In this document: piece by piece, positions 46,851 through 59,541 of the stretch
Position numbering within the stretch: the first letter of the stretch is position 1
Layout: the number at the start of each line of letters is the position of its first letter
NCBI GenBank assembly: GCA_047495785.1
Contig: JBLDXI010000034.1
Span: forward strand, 992,001-1,056,000
DNA length: 64,000 bases
From: Lepidodermella squamata
Lineage: Eukaryota > Animalia > Gastrotricha
Reading direction: 5' to 3'
Translations under genes and position numbers: made by a program
Notes under the pieces: model-generated
Told to the model about the DNA's origin: nothing
What the model saw: the letters and a program-made list of their open reading frames with translations, nothing else
Database searches by the model: none

Positions 46851-47161
46851 ATGAGGGCCGTATCTTGGGCAACCTTTTCCCTCATTTGCCTCCTCAACGA
46901 CATCGCGGCCTCAAAGTTGCCGCCAATGGGTGAAAGTATGTCATGATATTTTTCTCCGTGAATCGGTATTTATAATGCTTTGCATGTTACGTCACCGTGC
47001 AACTTGCTGCGAAACTTCGCCAGAGCCGCGAAGAGTGCGCGATGAAGTTATGTTTGCAGGTGTTCAGCTCGTCGGCAATATGCTTATTCCAAGGCGCTTT
47101 CTACGTCTGGGCGAGAATGCTAGCGAAACAACTGGCGACAGACTGGTCGAAATGTAAATAA
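46851..47161 (+). pseudogene. Secreted 4-Cys peptide type B copy 1, splice acceptor deleted
   Basis: Near-identical to 59542-59896 but lacks about 44 nt spanning the TAG acceptor and the ITRAMLSKDETSA codons. Confidence 0.75.
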
Positions 47162-47297
47162 TAACCTGACAAATTTGAGCTTGAGGTTCGCTTCATTTCA
47201 TTGCACTTGCGATCGTTTGATCAACTGTTTATTCCACTGTTCATTACGGTAAGGTATGGTAAGGGCTATGGTAAGGGCAAGCTTTCATTACCAGATG

Positions 47298-47464
47298 CAG
47301 TGTGCGAAGTAGGATCCGGGAGCTGAGGTGTTTTCTACTTGTTTTCTAGGACCCAGCCTAAGAATCCAAAGAGTCCCCCCTGTGGTTTTTTTCAGCCTTC
47401 CTCTGATTGGAGTCCCGGAGCTGGGGTGTTGCGACACCCCAGCACCCCTGTACTTCGCACCCTG
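47298..47464. mobile_element. hAT-type MITE with a perfect 8-bp TSD (ACCAGATG)
   Basis: cagtgtgcgaagta...tacttcgcaccctg, with the TSD at 47290-47297 and 47465-47472. The paralogous site at 37913-37920 has a single accagatg. Confidence 0.92.
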
Positions 47465-47771
47465 ACCAGATGGCGCTGTGGTCACTTTAAGTTCGTCACT
47501 GTTAATGACTGCTGTTACACCGTCATTTGTTTGCCTTACTCAAGAATTTTGCAGAAACTGCTTTAAAATTTACCAAAAATGTACTGATAGCTAAAGCTTG
47601 CTCTAGGTATAAAAATCGAGATTAAGCTTGTATCTTAGACTAGAACCACTATTGGCGACTTCAACCCTCTTTAATAACTAGCTTATCGTTTCAGATTATA
47701 ATTTCTAGTGATAACTTGCTTTTTCTGACTATTTTTGATAACACAGCCGTGCTTTTGCTGCTAAGCTAAAA

Positions 47772-50535
47772 ATGAAGGATATGATTAGCAGCCTGCCTTA
47801 TGAAATCAAGTCGAAAATATTTCTACTCCTTCCAAGCAGAGTCATTTTCATCACCTGTTCCCAAGTATGCAAACGGTAATTTTTTAAATTTCTCATTTTT
47901 GCCCTCCCCATCGAAGACTTGTTTTTTCAGCTGGCTTGCCGTGATTAGATCTGACGCGCTTTGGCAAGAATGGTTAGCCCGAGAGTTGAAAATAAGCAAT
48001 ACCTCGACTATTGCTGCATCGCGCGAAGAGAAAGCAAGACTCCTGAGTTTTGAAGTTCAATCATATCATGGATCATATGGTTTCGAAACACTCGACGCCA
48101 TGTTAGCTGCAGAGAATAGCCGACAACGAGTACCGCCAGCTGTCCCGCCTTTTCTCACAGCCGAGGAACAGTCGGCGCCTGGTGTCTACAAGCAAGGCTG
48201 GTACTCGAAAAAGCTTAGCCATTTCTTCCCAGAAATCACTAAAGTAGGCTTCTTTCTAGTTGGAAATCTCAGTTTTAGTGCTGTCATTCGTAGGCGCAAT
48301 TGCTTGGCTTGAAACTTGGAATATGCGGTTCAAGATATTCTAGGGGCGAATTTCACCTGTCATTGAATGACGATAACGTTTCAGTATTTCTTGGCGAACG
48401 GGCCGATAAAATGTGGGCGGTTATCGATCTGCACCCTGCTGGCCGTCTTTACTCGAGAGATGCCGAGTTCAGACTAATTTTCACTACTCCAAACCAAGCT
48501 TTCCAACTCCAAAAACTGAAGGTTAACATTTTCTTTATCGTGTGGTTTTCGGGAAAAGTTTTCACAAATTTTCTGCAAGCTGCAAGTAAAGTTCGAAGTT
48601 CAAAAACCTATGAAGTGAGGATTTCAAATTTTGCCAAAAGATAGCTTGCAATATTGGCAGGCATATTGGCTTCTTCAAATTTTATTTTCTTCAAGTACCC
48701 GGGTTTTTTAGCACATCCGCCTAAGTTTCCTCCGCGCTGTAATTAAATTTCTGCAAGATCATGGTAATACATTGGACAGAGCAGTAAAAACTGAATATTC
48801 TTATTTAAAATTCGTATAGAAAAGATTATTATTTGAACGATGGGACTTGCAAAATTGTGCGCACACAAGTCGTGCGCACACATGGCTTTTTAGTATTGAA
48901 AAACCGCGCGCGTCACAAAAGATAGCTTTCGAATTTACCGGCAGTTTTGATATCAAAATGAAATTCATAAAATTTGGAATCGATTGAATATGGGGTTCTC
49001 GCTCGAAAAATCTAAAACAAAATTTTAGCGCGTGACCAACCAATCAGAGTGCGAGCGTGGAGTAAACTTAGGCGGGCCTGATAATGTGCATTTTTTTCAT
49101 CGCTTTCAGATATCTGACACTGCGTCGGCGATTCAATTGGTCTTTGATGAAAATAGAGAAGAATTAACAGCTCTTCTTGAAACCGGAACTGTGGCAGTCA
49201 ACGGATTTCGCCAATTCCTACATGCGCATGGTAAAATTTCAGGAGGATATTTCATTTCTCTTTGGCTAGCTATAAACTAATTCTTCAGAGCGTCCCTTGA
49301 TAGCTGCAGCTGGACTTGGCGACAGTGAAATCCTGCTTCGATTGCTTCGGCATGGAGCCAGTGTGAATTTAGAAGATACATCTGGAAATTCCCCGTTAGC
49401 TTCCTCAATCGAAGCTGGCCTTTTGAACAACGCAAAGCTCTTGATTGAAAATGGTGCTTCCATAAACAATAGCGGAGCTCGAAAGCCTGCACTTCATATG
49501 GCCGTCGTCAAAGGTAATATCGAAGCTATTGACCTACTCATACACTACGGCGCCGACATCGATATCAGAAATGAAAACGGCGAAAATTCTGTCCACGTTT
49601 TCGCCCGCAATTTTCGGGAAATCTACTTCAGCTCAGCATATTTCGAGGGCCGAAAGCTGATGGTGGAAGATGAGGATCCTGTTACGGCTGGCTTCGACAC
49701 CCTTAAAGCGTTGAAAGAGCAAAATTTCGACTTTAATGCTGAGTCAAACAATGGCTTTACGCCTCTGATGACTGCTTGTGAAAAATGCGTCACGAAAATT
49801 GCAGGGTGGTTGATTGAATTGGGCGCCGATGTGAATTATGTCTCTACGTCTTCAATGACGCCGCTTCTAGCTGTGATCTGCTCGAAATCGTTCGTCGAAA
49901 TCACTGAGCGGCCACTATTAATCAAATTATTGTTGGAAAACGGCGCTGGTAAAACTCTGGAAGCTCGCAATTCTGACAATTTGACCCCGTTAATGGCAAC
50001 AGTTTATCTGAGAACTGGCGGCACCTACGATTTCGAAATCTTCAAAATTCTTATCGAACACGGAGCTGAAGTAAACGTGACTTTGCCTAATGGAGATTCG
50101 CTATTCTGCCATCTATTAACGCATCAGATGTTGAAGGAAGCTTCACTGATAGTCGATCGAATTTCCGATCCGAATGAGGTTCAATCTTCGACTGGGATGA
50201 ATCTTCTGATGTTGGCTGCAATGTTTTCAGTTGCGGATGGGTTTTTCATCGAGGCTCTCTTGAGGCGAGGGCCGACGATCGATGAACGGAATGCGGCTGA
50301 TGGTAAAACTGCTCTGCTGTATGCGGTAGAAGCTGCGAATAAACCGAATATGACCACCATTTTGAGAAACACTCGAAACGCAGTCGCGGTTTTGCTCAGG
50401 CACGGAGCTGATCGTTCGCTGCAGGACAAAAATGGACGTAGCGCTGCTGACTACGTTTCCGAGTGCCAGATGAGCTTGTTGAAAATTAACTGCAGTTGTA
50501 GTCAATGTTTGATTCGCAAATTACTGAACCGTTAA
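47772..50535 (+). CDS. F-box-ankyrin gene copy 4 (apparently intact, 5 exons)
   Basis: Same exon structure as copy 2 with an uninterrupted ankyrin ORF at 49297-50535, ending CSCSQCLIRKLLNR*. Confidence 0.85.
48709..49089. mobile_element. Inverted-repeat insertion in intron 3 of copy 4
   Basis: ccgcctaagtttcctccgcgct (~48717) pairs with agcgtggagtaaacttaggcgg (~49054-49075). The segment is absent from the copy 2 intron. Confidence 0.65.
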
Positions 50536-50942
50536 GCCTTGAGACAACTTTTTCAGATTTTCTATGTAAGCCAATAAACGCTACAAGTGAACGTGATCGA
50601 TTCTTCATTTTTAAACTGAACGCACATCGGACAAAGTTGACAGCAACTAATCATTTATGTCCATGTGATCTTCTAAGAGGAAACAGCTTGAATGGAGGTC
50701 ACAGAACCTGAAACCGGACAGCCAATGTAAATTAGTTTGTCCAAGCACGGGAAAACTGTTCTATATCTCCTGTCATTTGAGCTCGGAATATCCAGAAATA
50801 ATGGCGAGCCAGACCGCTGAAGTGCGTAAATCACGAGCCAGACACGCTTTGTTCATAGGCGTGACTTGCAGCTGGTCTTGACGCAGAACGCAGAAGCGAT
50901 CGATACTTCACGTTCGGAGCTTTATTAAATTTCACAGAAAAT

Positions 50943-53144
50943 CTAGACTTGACAGTTCAATAATTTGCGAATCAAACTACAGCTACAGCTGCATTCAATT
51001 TTCAATAAGCTTTCCTGGCATTCCGAAACGTAGCCGGCAGCGCTTTGTCTATTTTTGTCCTGCAGCGAACGATCAGCTCCATGCCTGAGCAAAACTGCGA
51101 CGGCGTTTCGAGTGCTCCTCAGAATTGTGGCCATATTCGGCTTGTTCGCAGCCTCTACCGCATACATCAGCGCAGTTTTGCCATCAACTGCGTTCTGCTC
51201 ATCGATCTTCGCCCCTCGCCGCAACAGGGCCTCGATGAAAAACCCATCCGCAACCGAAAACTTTGCATCTAACATCAGTAGAGTCATTCCGGTCGAAGAT
51301 TGAACCTCATTCGGATCGGAAATTCGATCGACAATCAAAGACGCTTCTTTCAACATCTGATACGTTAATAGATGGCAGAATAGCGAATCTCCATCGTCGA
51401 ATGTCACATTCAATTCAGCTCCGTGTTCTATTAGGATTTTGAACATTTCGAAATCGTTCAAGCTGCCCAGACAAACTGTTGCCATCAACGGGGTGGAATT
51501 GTCAGAATCGCGAGTCTCCAGAGTTTTACCAGCTCCTTTTTCCAACAATAATTTGATTAATAGTGGCCGCTCAGTGATTTCGACAAACGATTTCGAACAA
51601 ATTGTTGCTAGAAGCGGTGTCATTGAAGACGTCGAAACATGATTCACATCAGCGCCCAATTCAATGAACCAACCAGCAATTTTCGTGTCACATTTGTCAC
51701 ACGCGGTCATCAGAGGCGTAAAACCGTTGTTCGACTCAGCATTAAAGTCGAAATTTCGCTCTTTCAACGCATTAAAGGTGGCGAAGCTAGCTGTATTGAA
51801 GGCAGCTGTAACAGGATCCTCGTCTTCCAGCATAAGCTTTCGACCCTCGAAATAGGCTGAGCTGAAGTAGATTTCCCGAAATTGGCGGGCGAAAGCGTGA
51901 ACAGAATTTTCGCCGTTATCATTTCTGATATCGATGTCGGCGCCGTAGTGTATGAGTAGGTCAATAGCTTCGATATTACCTTTGACGACGGCCATATGAA
52001 GTGCAGGCTTTCGAGCTCCGCTTTTGTTTATCGAAGCACCATTTTCAATCAAGAACTTTGCGGTGTTCAAAAGGCCGGCTTCGATTGCTGAAGTTAAAGG
52101 GGAATTTCCAGCGTTGTCTTCCAAATTCACATTAGCGCCATGACGAAGCAGTCGAAGTAACAATTCATTGTTACCAAGACCAGCTGCAACTATTAAAGGC
52201 CGCAATCGGCAAAATCCGTTAATTGCCACTGTCCCGGTTTTAAGAAGAGCAGTTAATTGTTCGCTATTTTGTTGGAAGACCAATTTAATGGCAGATTCAG
52301 TGTCGGATAACTGAAAGCAATGAAAAGTAAAATTCATGTAATTGAAGGGCGTCTCATCGAAGCCGAAAATGTTTACCCTCAGATTTTGGAGTTCGACGGC
52401 ATGGTTCGGAGTAGTGAAAATCAGCCTGAACTTGGCATCTCTTGAGTAAATACGGCCTCGTGGATGCAGATTGATAACCTTCCAAACTTTATCGGCCTGC
52501 TCGCCAAGAAACACGGAGACGTTGTCGTCATTCTCTGACAGGAAAAATTTGCCCTCGGAATCTCTTGAACCGCATATCATAAGTTTCAAGCCTAGCAATT
52601 GCGCCTAGGAGAGAAAGCATTGAAACTAAGACTTTTAGGAAGAAAAACGCCTACTTTTGAGATTTCTGGGTAGAAAGCACTAAAGTTTAACGAATACCAG
52701 CCTTGCTTGTAGACACAAGGCGCTGCCCGTTCCTCGGCTGTTAGAAAAGGATGGACAGCTGGTGGGCTTGGTCGCTGAAAACGCTGATAACGCTGATATT
52801 GCAAAGGGTAAGCTATCACGTAGAAAGGTTGGCGTCGTTTAAGCTGTAATTTTCATGAATTTCACACTTCAGAAGGCTGGTGATCTCTTCACGAGATGCA
52901 TCAATATTCGATGTGTTGCTTATTTTCAACTCTCGGGCTAACCATTCTTGCCAAAATGCGTCAGATCTGATTACCGCAAGCCAGCTGAAAACAACAATCA
53001 AATATCGATTTGGAGGGACATTAAGAAATTTAAAAAATACCGTTTGCATACTTGGGAACTGGTAATAAAAATGACTCGGTTAGGAAGGAGTAGGAATATT
53101 TTGGACTTTATTTCATAGGGCAGGCTGCTAATCATATCCGCCAT
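50943..53144 (-). pseudogene. F-box-ankyrin gene copy 5, frameshift and stop in exon 2 (~52816); downstream 551-aa frame intact
   Basis: Exon 1 reads MADMISSLPYEIKSKIFLLLPNRVIFITSSQVCKR. Exon 2 reaches TGA after NLST, while the homologous PPAVHPFLTAEE continues in another frame. Confidence 0.72.
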
Positions 53145-53808
53145 TTTAGCTTACTGACAAAAACAAATCCACGGTATCAAAACTAGTAAGAAACAACAAG
53201 TTATCACCAGAAATTATAACGTCTAACGATGAGCTAGTTACATTAGAGGGGTGAAGTTGCTGAAAGGGTTTTTACTCGAAGTAAAAGCTTCTCATACTTG
53301 AAATAATCTTTTTATTTCAACAAATTCAGTAGTATGTGAATTAGTTCCTTGAGAATTCTTGAGGAAAGCATAACAAACAGAAGAGTGTATGGAACAGCAG
53401 CCACAAGCGGTGAGCAAGCTTAAATCTATGTCCATGTGATCTACTAACAGGAAAATAGCTTGAATCGAGGTTACGAAATCTATAACCGGACAGCCAATCT
53501 AAATTAGTTTGTCCAAGCACGGGAAAACTGTTCTATATCTCCTGTCATTCAAGCGCAGAATATCCAGAAATAAAGGCGAGCCAGACCGCTGAAGTGCGTC
53601 AATCACGCACCAGACAACTTAGTTCATAAGCGTGACCTCGAGTTAATTAGTGTCAATAATCAAACAAGTTAAATGCATCACAGGCTGACTAAATCGTTAA
53701 CCATACTCCCATTAAGAAACAGTAACGATAAACTACTCAGGTATGGATTGAGCTTATGAGAAAACGATTAGACTTCTCCTTTCCAATATATCCGAATCTC
53801 ATCGCGGC

Positions 53809-54150
53809 ATGAATCCCATATCATTAATTGTTATAAGTCTTTGCCTATTCGAGCACGTTGAGACTTCAAAACTTCCAGCAATGAGTGAAAGTGAGTTGAA
53901 CTAGTGGTGGTGGAGATTTCTCTATGATTTCGTATACTCAATAACAGTAACTCGGGCTATGTTGGCGAAAGACGACATTACAATGCAGCAGCTCTATCGG
54001 AAACTACGTCAGGGCCGTGACGATTGCACAATTGAGACTTGCATGCGAGTCTTCAATTCGTTGCCGATTTGCCACTCGCGGGGTTCTTTCTACGTTTGGG
54101 CGAGATTGCTTGCGAAGCAAATGGCAACGGATTTGTCGAAATGCTCCTGA
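53809..54150 (+). CDS. Small secreted 4-Cys peptide, type A copy 2
   Basis: Near-identical to 41125-41466, with the same intron. Confidence 0.8.
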
Positions 54151-55839
54151 GGCGCCGCGATGAGTTCGTACTTATACCGAGTGAGTGCAACTTCACGCTT
54201 CACGGTCGTTAACGATTAAATTAAAATTGTTCACTTCACGCTTGACGTAGCGGAAAATCTAAGTGCACTCTGTTGATAAAAGAATAAATTATAACTCGGG
54301 ACTCGTATGATAAATCAGGCCTCTGATTGACAAGAGACCAACGACCAAGGGCGTCCGAACATATTAGCCCTCTTCACGGTTCGCCACACAGATCTGAAAT
54401 CCTGCTGTTGAATGTTCTCGAGCTAATATACCATGAGTACGTACTCAATGCTTCCTATCATCTATTGATAACTGCATCAAAATACCTGTAATGACCCTCA
54501 CATAGTCTCTAAATCGAAATATTTCGGCCAGAGAGCGAAGCGGTTGGGATAAGGAAAATCGACATAAGGGTTCCTCCTTTGGCCTTTGACTGAGTTCACC
54601 TTTCGGACCGATTGAACTGGTAGGGATGATCCTCTCTACGGAATCGAAAATTTAGGGTTCACAATCGAATCTTGCTGTGTGCGAAGTTGGATCCTCGAGC
54701 TAAGGGGTACTCTTCGGTATTTACGGCCGAAAAGTTTCCGACAAAATGGCCACCATGTGGTTTTTGAGTTTGGACCTTTCGAGCTGGAATGCCAGTACCC
54801 CGTCGGTACTTTGTAAACTTGGATCGAGCATCTAGTCGGGTAACGGGTAATATGGGCCCATCTTGGGCAAGGGGAAAGACGTAGAGTATCAGTGTACCTA
54901 CTGCGCCAAGAACCAATCATGAGAGCCATTAACTTCTTTCCTTTATCTGTTTTTTTCAATATCCTGATTTTTATTTTTATCAGGGTAATTTTTTAATAAA
55001 GACAGCGTGTGACGGCAGTATATTACTACAGAATTTCAGCCTGCAGCTTGACTTTTCAATCCAGTCAATGTGAGTGTTTTCCACTGTCTGAAATCGAATT
55101 GGACGTCGGAGTCTTCCCTGGCGTTCACTATATATAAGCGTGGCCTTGAAAATCGAGACTTCTCGTTACACATATGGTAAACACATGAATCTTGATTCAT
55201 ATGGAAACGAAACGCCTTCACGCTTAATTTAAGCATTGACAACTCGCTGCGCCACGGAAAATATTTCTAGAATCACGCAGCTCTAGTCTTTTGTTTCTGC
55301 AACGTAGCTTTTTGTCGACGTGAGCTAATGTTGTCGTTGTGCCGAGGTACTGTCTTGTCTGGCAATAGTTGCAGCTCTGTTACTTGGCTGTCACTTACCC
55401 AAAATACGGATTGTTTTGTGTCTGCTATCATGGTATGACCGTACTGAAATCTGCTCGCTTGACCTCACTTAACACGTGCTCCGAGAAAATCTTGGAAAAT
55501 CGTCTGGTCTGTAATTAACCAGAGTCTTTGCACAAGCACTTACAACATAACAGCATAATGAAGAACAAATTAGGAAAACAGATTAAAAATTGAACGAAAA
55601 ACAACTATCATTGTCACATATTCCTTTAAAATTGTTAGCTCTTAAGAAGTTACGAGTTTCGAATTTTTGGTGATTAGACCTTCTGAGGACGCGCAGCTTC
55701 AATTTCAATGTCCTCTCTCTGGCAAACTCTGATTAGTCAATTTTCCAAAGCAAAGAGACACATGTTTTGCATCGTTTAAAATTTAATGATTTCGAACATA
55801 AAGAATAAATGGAGCAGAAGCACTGAATTTCCGAATAAA

Positions 55840-58360
55840 TTAGTGGCTACAACAGCAGTTGAATACCCACCATCGACAACGCAAACCATAATCGCTAGCT
55901 TTCAGCCCATTTTTGTCTCGCAGCGAACGATTAGCCCCATGCGCCAGTAGAACTGAGATGATTTTGCGATAATCTTTCTCACACATCCTTCGGGTCATTG
56001 ATGTGTCCTTCGGCGAACCGTCAGGTCGAATTTCGAGCGAATTGTACTCTCGATGAATTTGATTGTTGTTCAAAATGTTAGCTTCCAACGCATACATCAG
56101 CGCAGTTTTGCCGTCGATTGTATTCTGCGCATTGACCTTAGCGCCTCGTCTAATAAGAGACTCGATCAAATGCACTTCGCCTACCGCTAACTTCGCAGCC
56201 AACATCAGTAGAGTCATTCCAGTCGAAGATTGAACCTCATTCGGGTCTGAAATTCGATCGACTATCAAAGAAGCCTCCCTAAACAATAGGCTTGTTAGTA
56301 GATGGCAAAGCAACGAATGGCCATTGTCGAATGTCACATTCAATTCAGCTCCGTGTTCTATTAGGATTTTGAACATTTCGAAAACGTTCAAGCTGCCAAT
56401 TCCCAGACAAACAGCTGCCATCAATGGAATCATATTTTCAGAATTGCGCGTCTCCAGAGTTTCATCAGCTCCTTTTTCCAACAATAATTTTACTAAGAGA
56501 TACCTGTCACTGTTTTCGACTAGCGATGTTGAGCAAATTGTGATTAGCAGCGGCGTCATTGAAGACGTCGAGACATAATTCAAGTCAGCTCCAAATTCAA
56601 TCAACAAGCTAGCTGTTTCCAGATCACATTGTTCGCAGGCAATCATCAAAGGTGTAAAACCGAGGTCTGACTCAGCATTTAAGTCAAAATTTCGCTCCTT
56701 CAGTGCGTTGAGGGTGCCATAGCCAGCTTTAAAGAAAGCTCTAAAAGCATCATTATTCGCCTTCATGAAATTTTCAGGTTGCGAGTTGTATAGCAGGAAG
56801 AAATACGCATGAAAATTGCGTGCAAAAACGTGGACAGAATTTTCGCCATTCTCATCTCTGATGTCGATGTCGGCGCCGTATTGAATGAGTAGGTCAATGG
56901 CTTCAAGGTTACCTTTGGAAACAGCCATGTGAAGAGCAGGTTTAGAAGCGTTGTTAATCCTGGCGCCGTTATCCAGCAAAAGCCTCACGTTATCTAAATG
57001 GCCGGCTTTGATAGCCGATTTCAATGGTGAATTTCTATAGATGTCTTCTAGGTTCGGATTAGCGCCATGGCGAAGCAGTTGAAGCAATATTTCACTGTCG
57101 CCAAGTCCAGCTGCGATAATTAAAGGTCGCGATAGGGGAAATCCGTTGACTACTATTGTTCCTTTTTCAAGTAAAGAAGTTAATTGTTCAATATTTCGAT
57201 CCAAGAACAGGTTGTCTACTAAGTCGGTGTCTGATATCTGAAACGAACCGGAATTGATTGTAGTTTGTGACGTATAATAGGACACCGAACTAAGAGGTTT
57301 TCGGACACGAAAAACTGAAGTCAGACTTATAAGGCAAAGTTTATAGTTTCAAATTTAGTGAGTTGAATCATGTCATTATTTTCCGCCCCAATATTTCTTG
57401 TGCTATTTATGTTGACTTTTGATCAAATCACGCAAATCACGCAAATTTTGAGCAATTGCTGCAGTTTAATCATCCGCATTCATCTTCAATGATGCATCTC
57501 ATCGAAAACACTAATTTTTGCCATGATTAAAACTTGAACTAATTAATTTTTAATTTTTTAATTTTAATTATTTAACAAATTCGAATGGAGCCCCGTCATT
57601 TTAATTGTGTAGGTTGCAAAATTTTCAGAATATTCATGAGCAGAAAAGCGAACATGTCTTTTTGTCAGCCGACGGGCTCCGAGTGCGGCGTGCGGCGTCC
57701 TATGTACTTTACTTATTTACATAACTTTATTCTCCCCTACTTCTTTCACTTCTCCATAAAGCTTCAATAAAGTTTCAATAAAGCTCAAGATTGGAAAAAA
57801 TAGAAGATTCGGCGAAAACTTTAAGCGTCGATTTTGAATGAAGCAATCAATCTCACCTTCAGTTTTTGGAGTTTTTCAGCTTTGTTCGGAGTAGTGAAAA
57901 TCAGCCTGAACTCGTTATCCGAGTAAACATAGTCAATTTGATCCAGATCAAACACCGTCCACAATTCATCTGTCCCGTTGCCAAGACGCACATTTGCGCT
58001 GCTGTTACTTAGTTTCGCGAAAATATCTTGTAAATATGCTGAACTGCATATTCCGAGTTTCAAGCCAAGAAACTTTGCCTGTGACCACATCGTGTCTATA
58101 TCTATACTGGCAAGCCGCCTACAGCATGATTCATGCACTTCTGTATTGTGCCAAAACGCGTCGGATCGTCGGATCTTATCACCGATAGCCAGCTTTAAAA
58201 AACGAGTAAAATTCGAATACATAGAAGAATTACCCTAATGCTGGTAGTGAATTTACCGTTTGCACACCAATGAACAGGTAATAAAAATGACTCGGCTAGG
58301 AAGGAGGAGAAATATTTTCGAATTGATTTCATAGGGCAGGCTGCTGATAACATCAGCCAT
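55840..58360 (-). pseudogene. F-box-ankyrin gene copy 6; exon 2 shortened and frameshifted by an 8-bp duplication; ankyrin exon intact
   Basis: Exon 1 reads MADVISSLPYEINSKIFLLLPSRVIFITCSLVCKR. The tandem gtcggatc-gtcggatc lies at 58160-58175. The ankyrin ORF 57285-55840 ends FNCCCSH*. Confidence 0.72.
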
Positions 58361-58492
58361 TTTCTACGCTACGAAACTGAAAGGTTCAATCTGAAATATT
58401 CCAACCTATTTTATACAAAAGAGAGTAAAAAGAACAGCATTTGGCAATAATATTATAAATTAAGCCATATAATCAATGATTCGGCGAGATAT

Positions 58493-58680
58493 CGTTAGCG
58501 GCGTTGAAATACTCGGATTTAGACTTGTTTACATCCGTTTCAATGTCACGGGTGACAAGTAAAAAGCGGTTTTTTTCAACGTGAATGAAGAGGCAAAATC
58601 AAAACACTTTTTACTTGTCGCCTATCACCTTGAAATGGAAGTAAACAGGCCTAAATCCGAGTTATTCAACGTCGCTATCG
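58493..58680. mobile_element. Fold-back MITE (~80-bp arms) inserted at ATAT, with the same CGTTAGCGGCG terminus as the 45623 element
   Basis: The left arm cgttagcggcgttgaaatactcggatttagacttgtttac... is mirrored at the right end. An empty paralogous site tcggcgaaatatcaat lies at ~45552-45567. Confidence 0.85.
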
Positions 58681-59541
58681 ATATCAATTTGATCGGATAG
58701 GTACATGCAAGGTGAATCACGTAGTGTTCGATGTTCGATTGTGAACATAAGGGGCCGCCCGATTAAAACGTGATACTGTTGCGCACCAGCATGGGCGCTT
58801 GGCCGTATCAATCACGCATTATTATTTCTTTTATCAATTGCCTATCTGACCAGCCTACACATTCGGAAAATGTAACACGCAATGGTCGCCGGAATTTAAA
58901 TCACGTAAACAAGATTTAGCGCTGTCCAACAATGCTAACAATATTTCATTTCAGCTTGATTCACAACATTTTAGTACAGTAGAAAACGGCAGAACCTCGA
59001 TTGCCCAGCGGTGCCAAAACATTCTGATTGGGCATCTGAATTGGACGGGAAATCTGATGGGTAGTACAACTTGCTTCTGCGAGTCGCTGCTTAATTTTCA
59101 CATTCCGGTCTGGCGAGAGTCTGCTGACGAGGGATCGAGGTTTCACGGTAGCTCGACATCATTTCGTGACACTTGTCACGACTATATTTTGACAGGAAGT
59201 CATCGATTGATGACTAGACAGCTAATTGGCTTCGCCCGCCAAATGGGCAAAGAATAGTAAGTAGCACGTGTGTTCCGGCTCTTTAACACGTAATTCAGCT
59301 ATAAATAACATGAATAACAGTGAAAAGTGGGGAACTAGGTTTACAATTGTGAAATGAAGTATACCTATGGATCATCCCTCATTGATGCAGAAACTATGCC
59401 GCTGTCCCCTGCCAAAAGTCTATAAAATGTCTATTTTCTAAGGCTATGCAGTTCAAAGGCTCCAAACTAAACCTTAACTATAGTTCGATACTTCATTTGA
59501 AATTTTCAATAATTGTTTTCAGAACCTTACGAATCTTTCAT

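Larger units (their letters stand above)
40740..47235 (+). repeat. ~6.5-kb segmental duplication unit; second copy at ~53425-59965
   Basis: Both copies carry peptide A, a MITE, a minus-strand F-box-ankyrin gene and peptide B in the same order. Shared anchors are tatgtccatgtgatct at the start and tttgatcaac at the end. Confidence 0.85.

Noticed and set aside
47248-47279. GGTAAGG(G) short repeats as telomeric sequence or a CRISPR-like array
   Set aside because: Only three imperfect units, probably filler at a duplication junction.
50470-50535. C-terminal SLLKINCSCSQCLIRKLL as a SOCS box
   Set aside because: The resemblance to SLxxLCRxxIR is loose, the spacing differs, and the LPxP cullin box is missing.
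33958-58360. Bacterial endosymbiont or viral insertion as the direct source of the ankyrin genes
   Set aside because: The genes have conserved spliceosomal introns and there are no flanking prokaryotic or viral genes. An ancient transfer cannot be excluded without a phylogeny.
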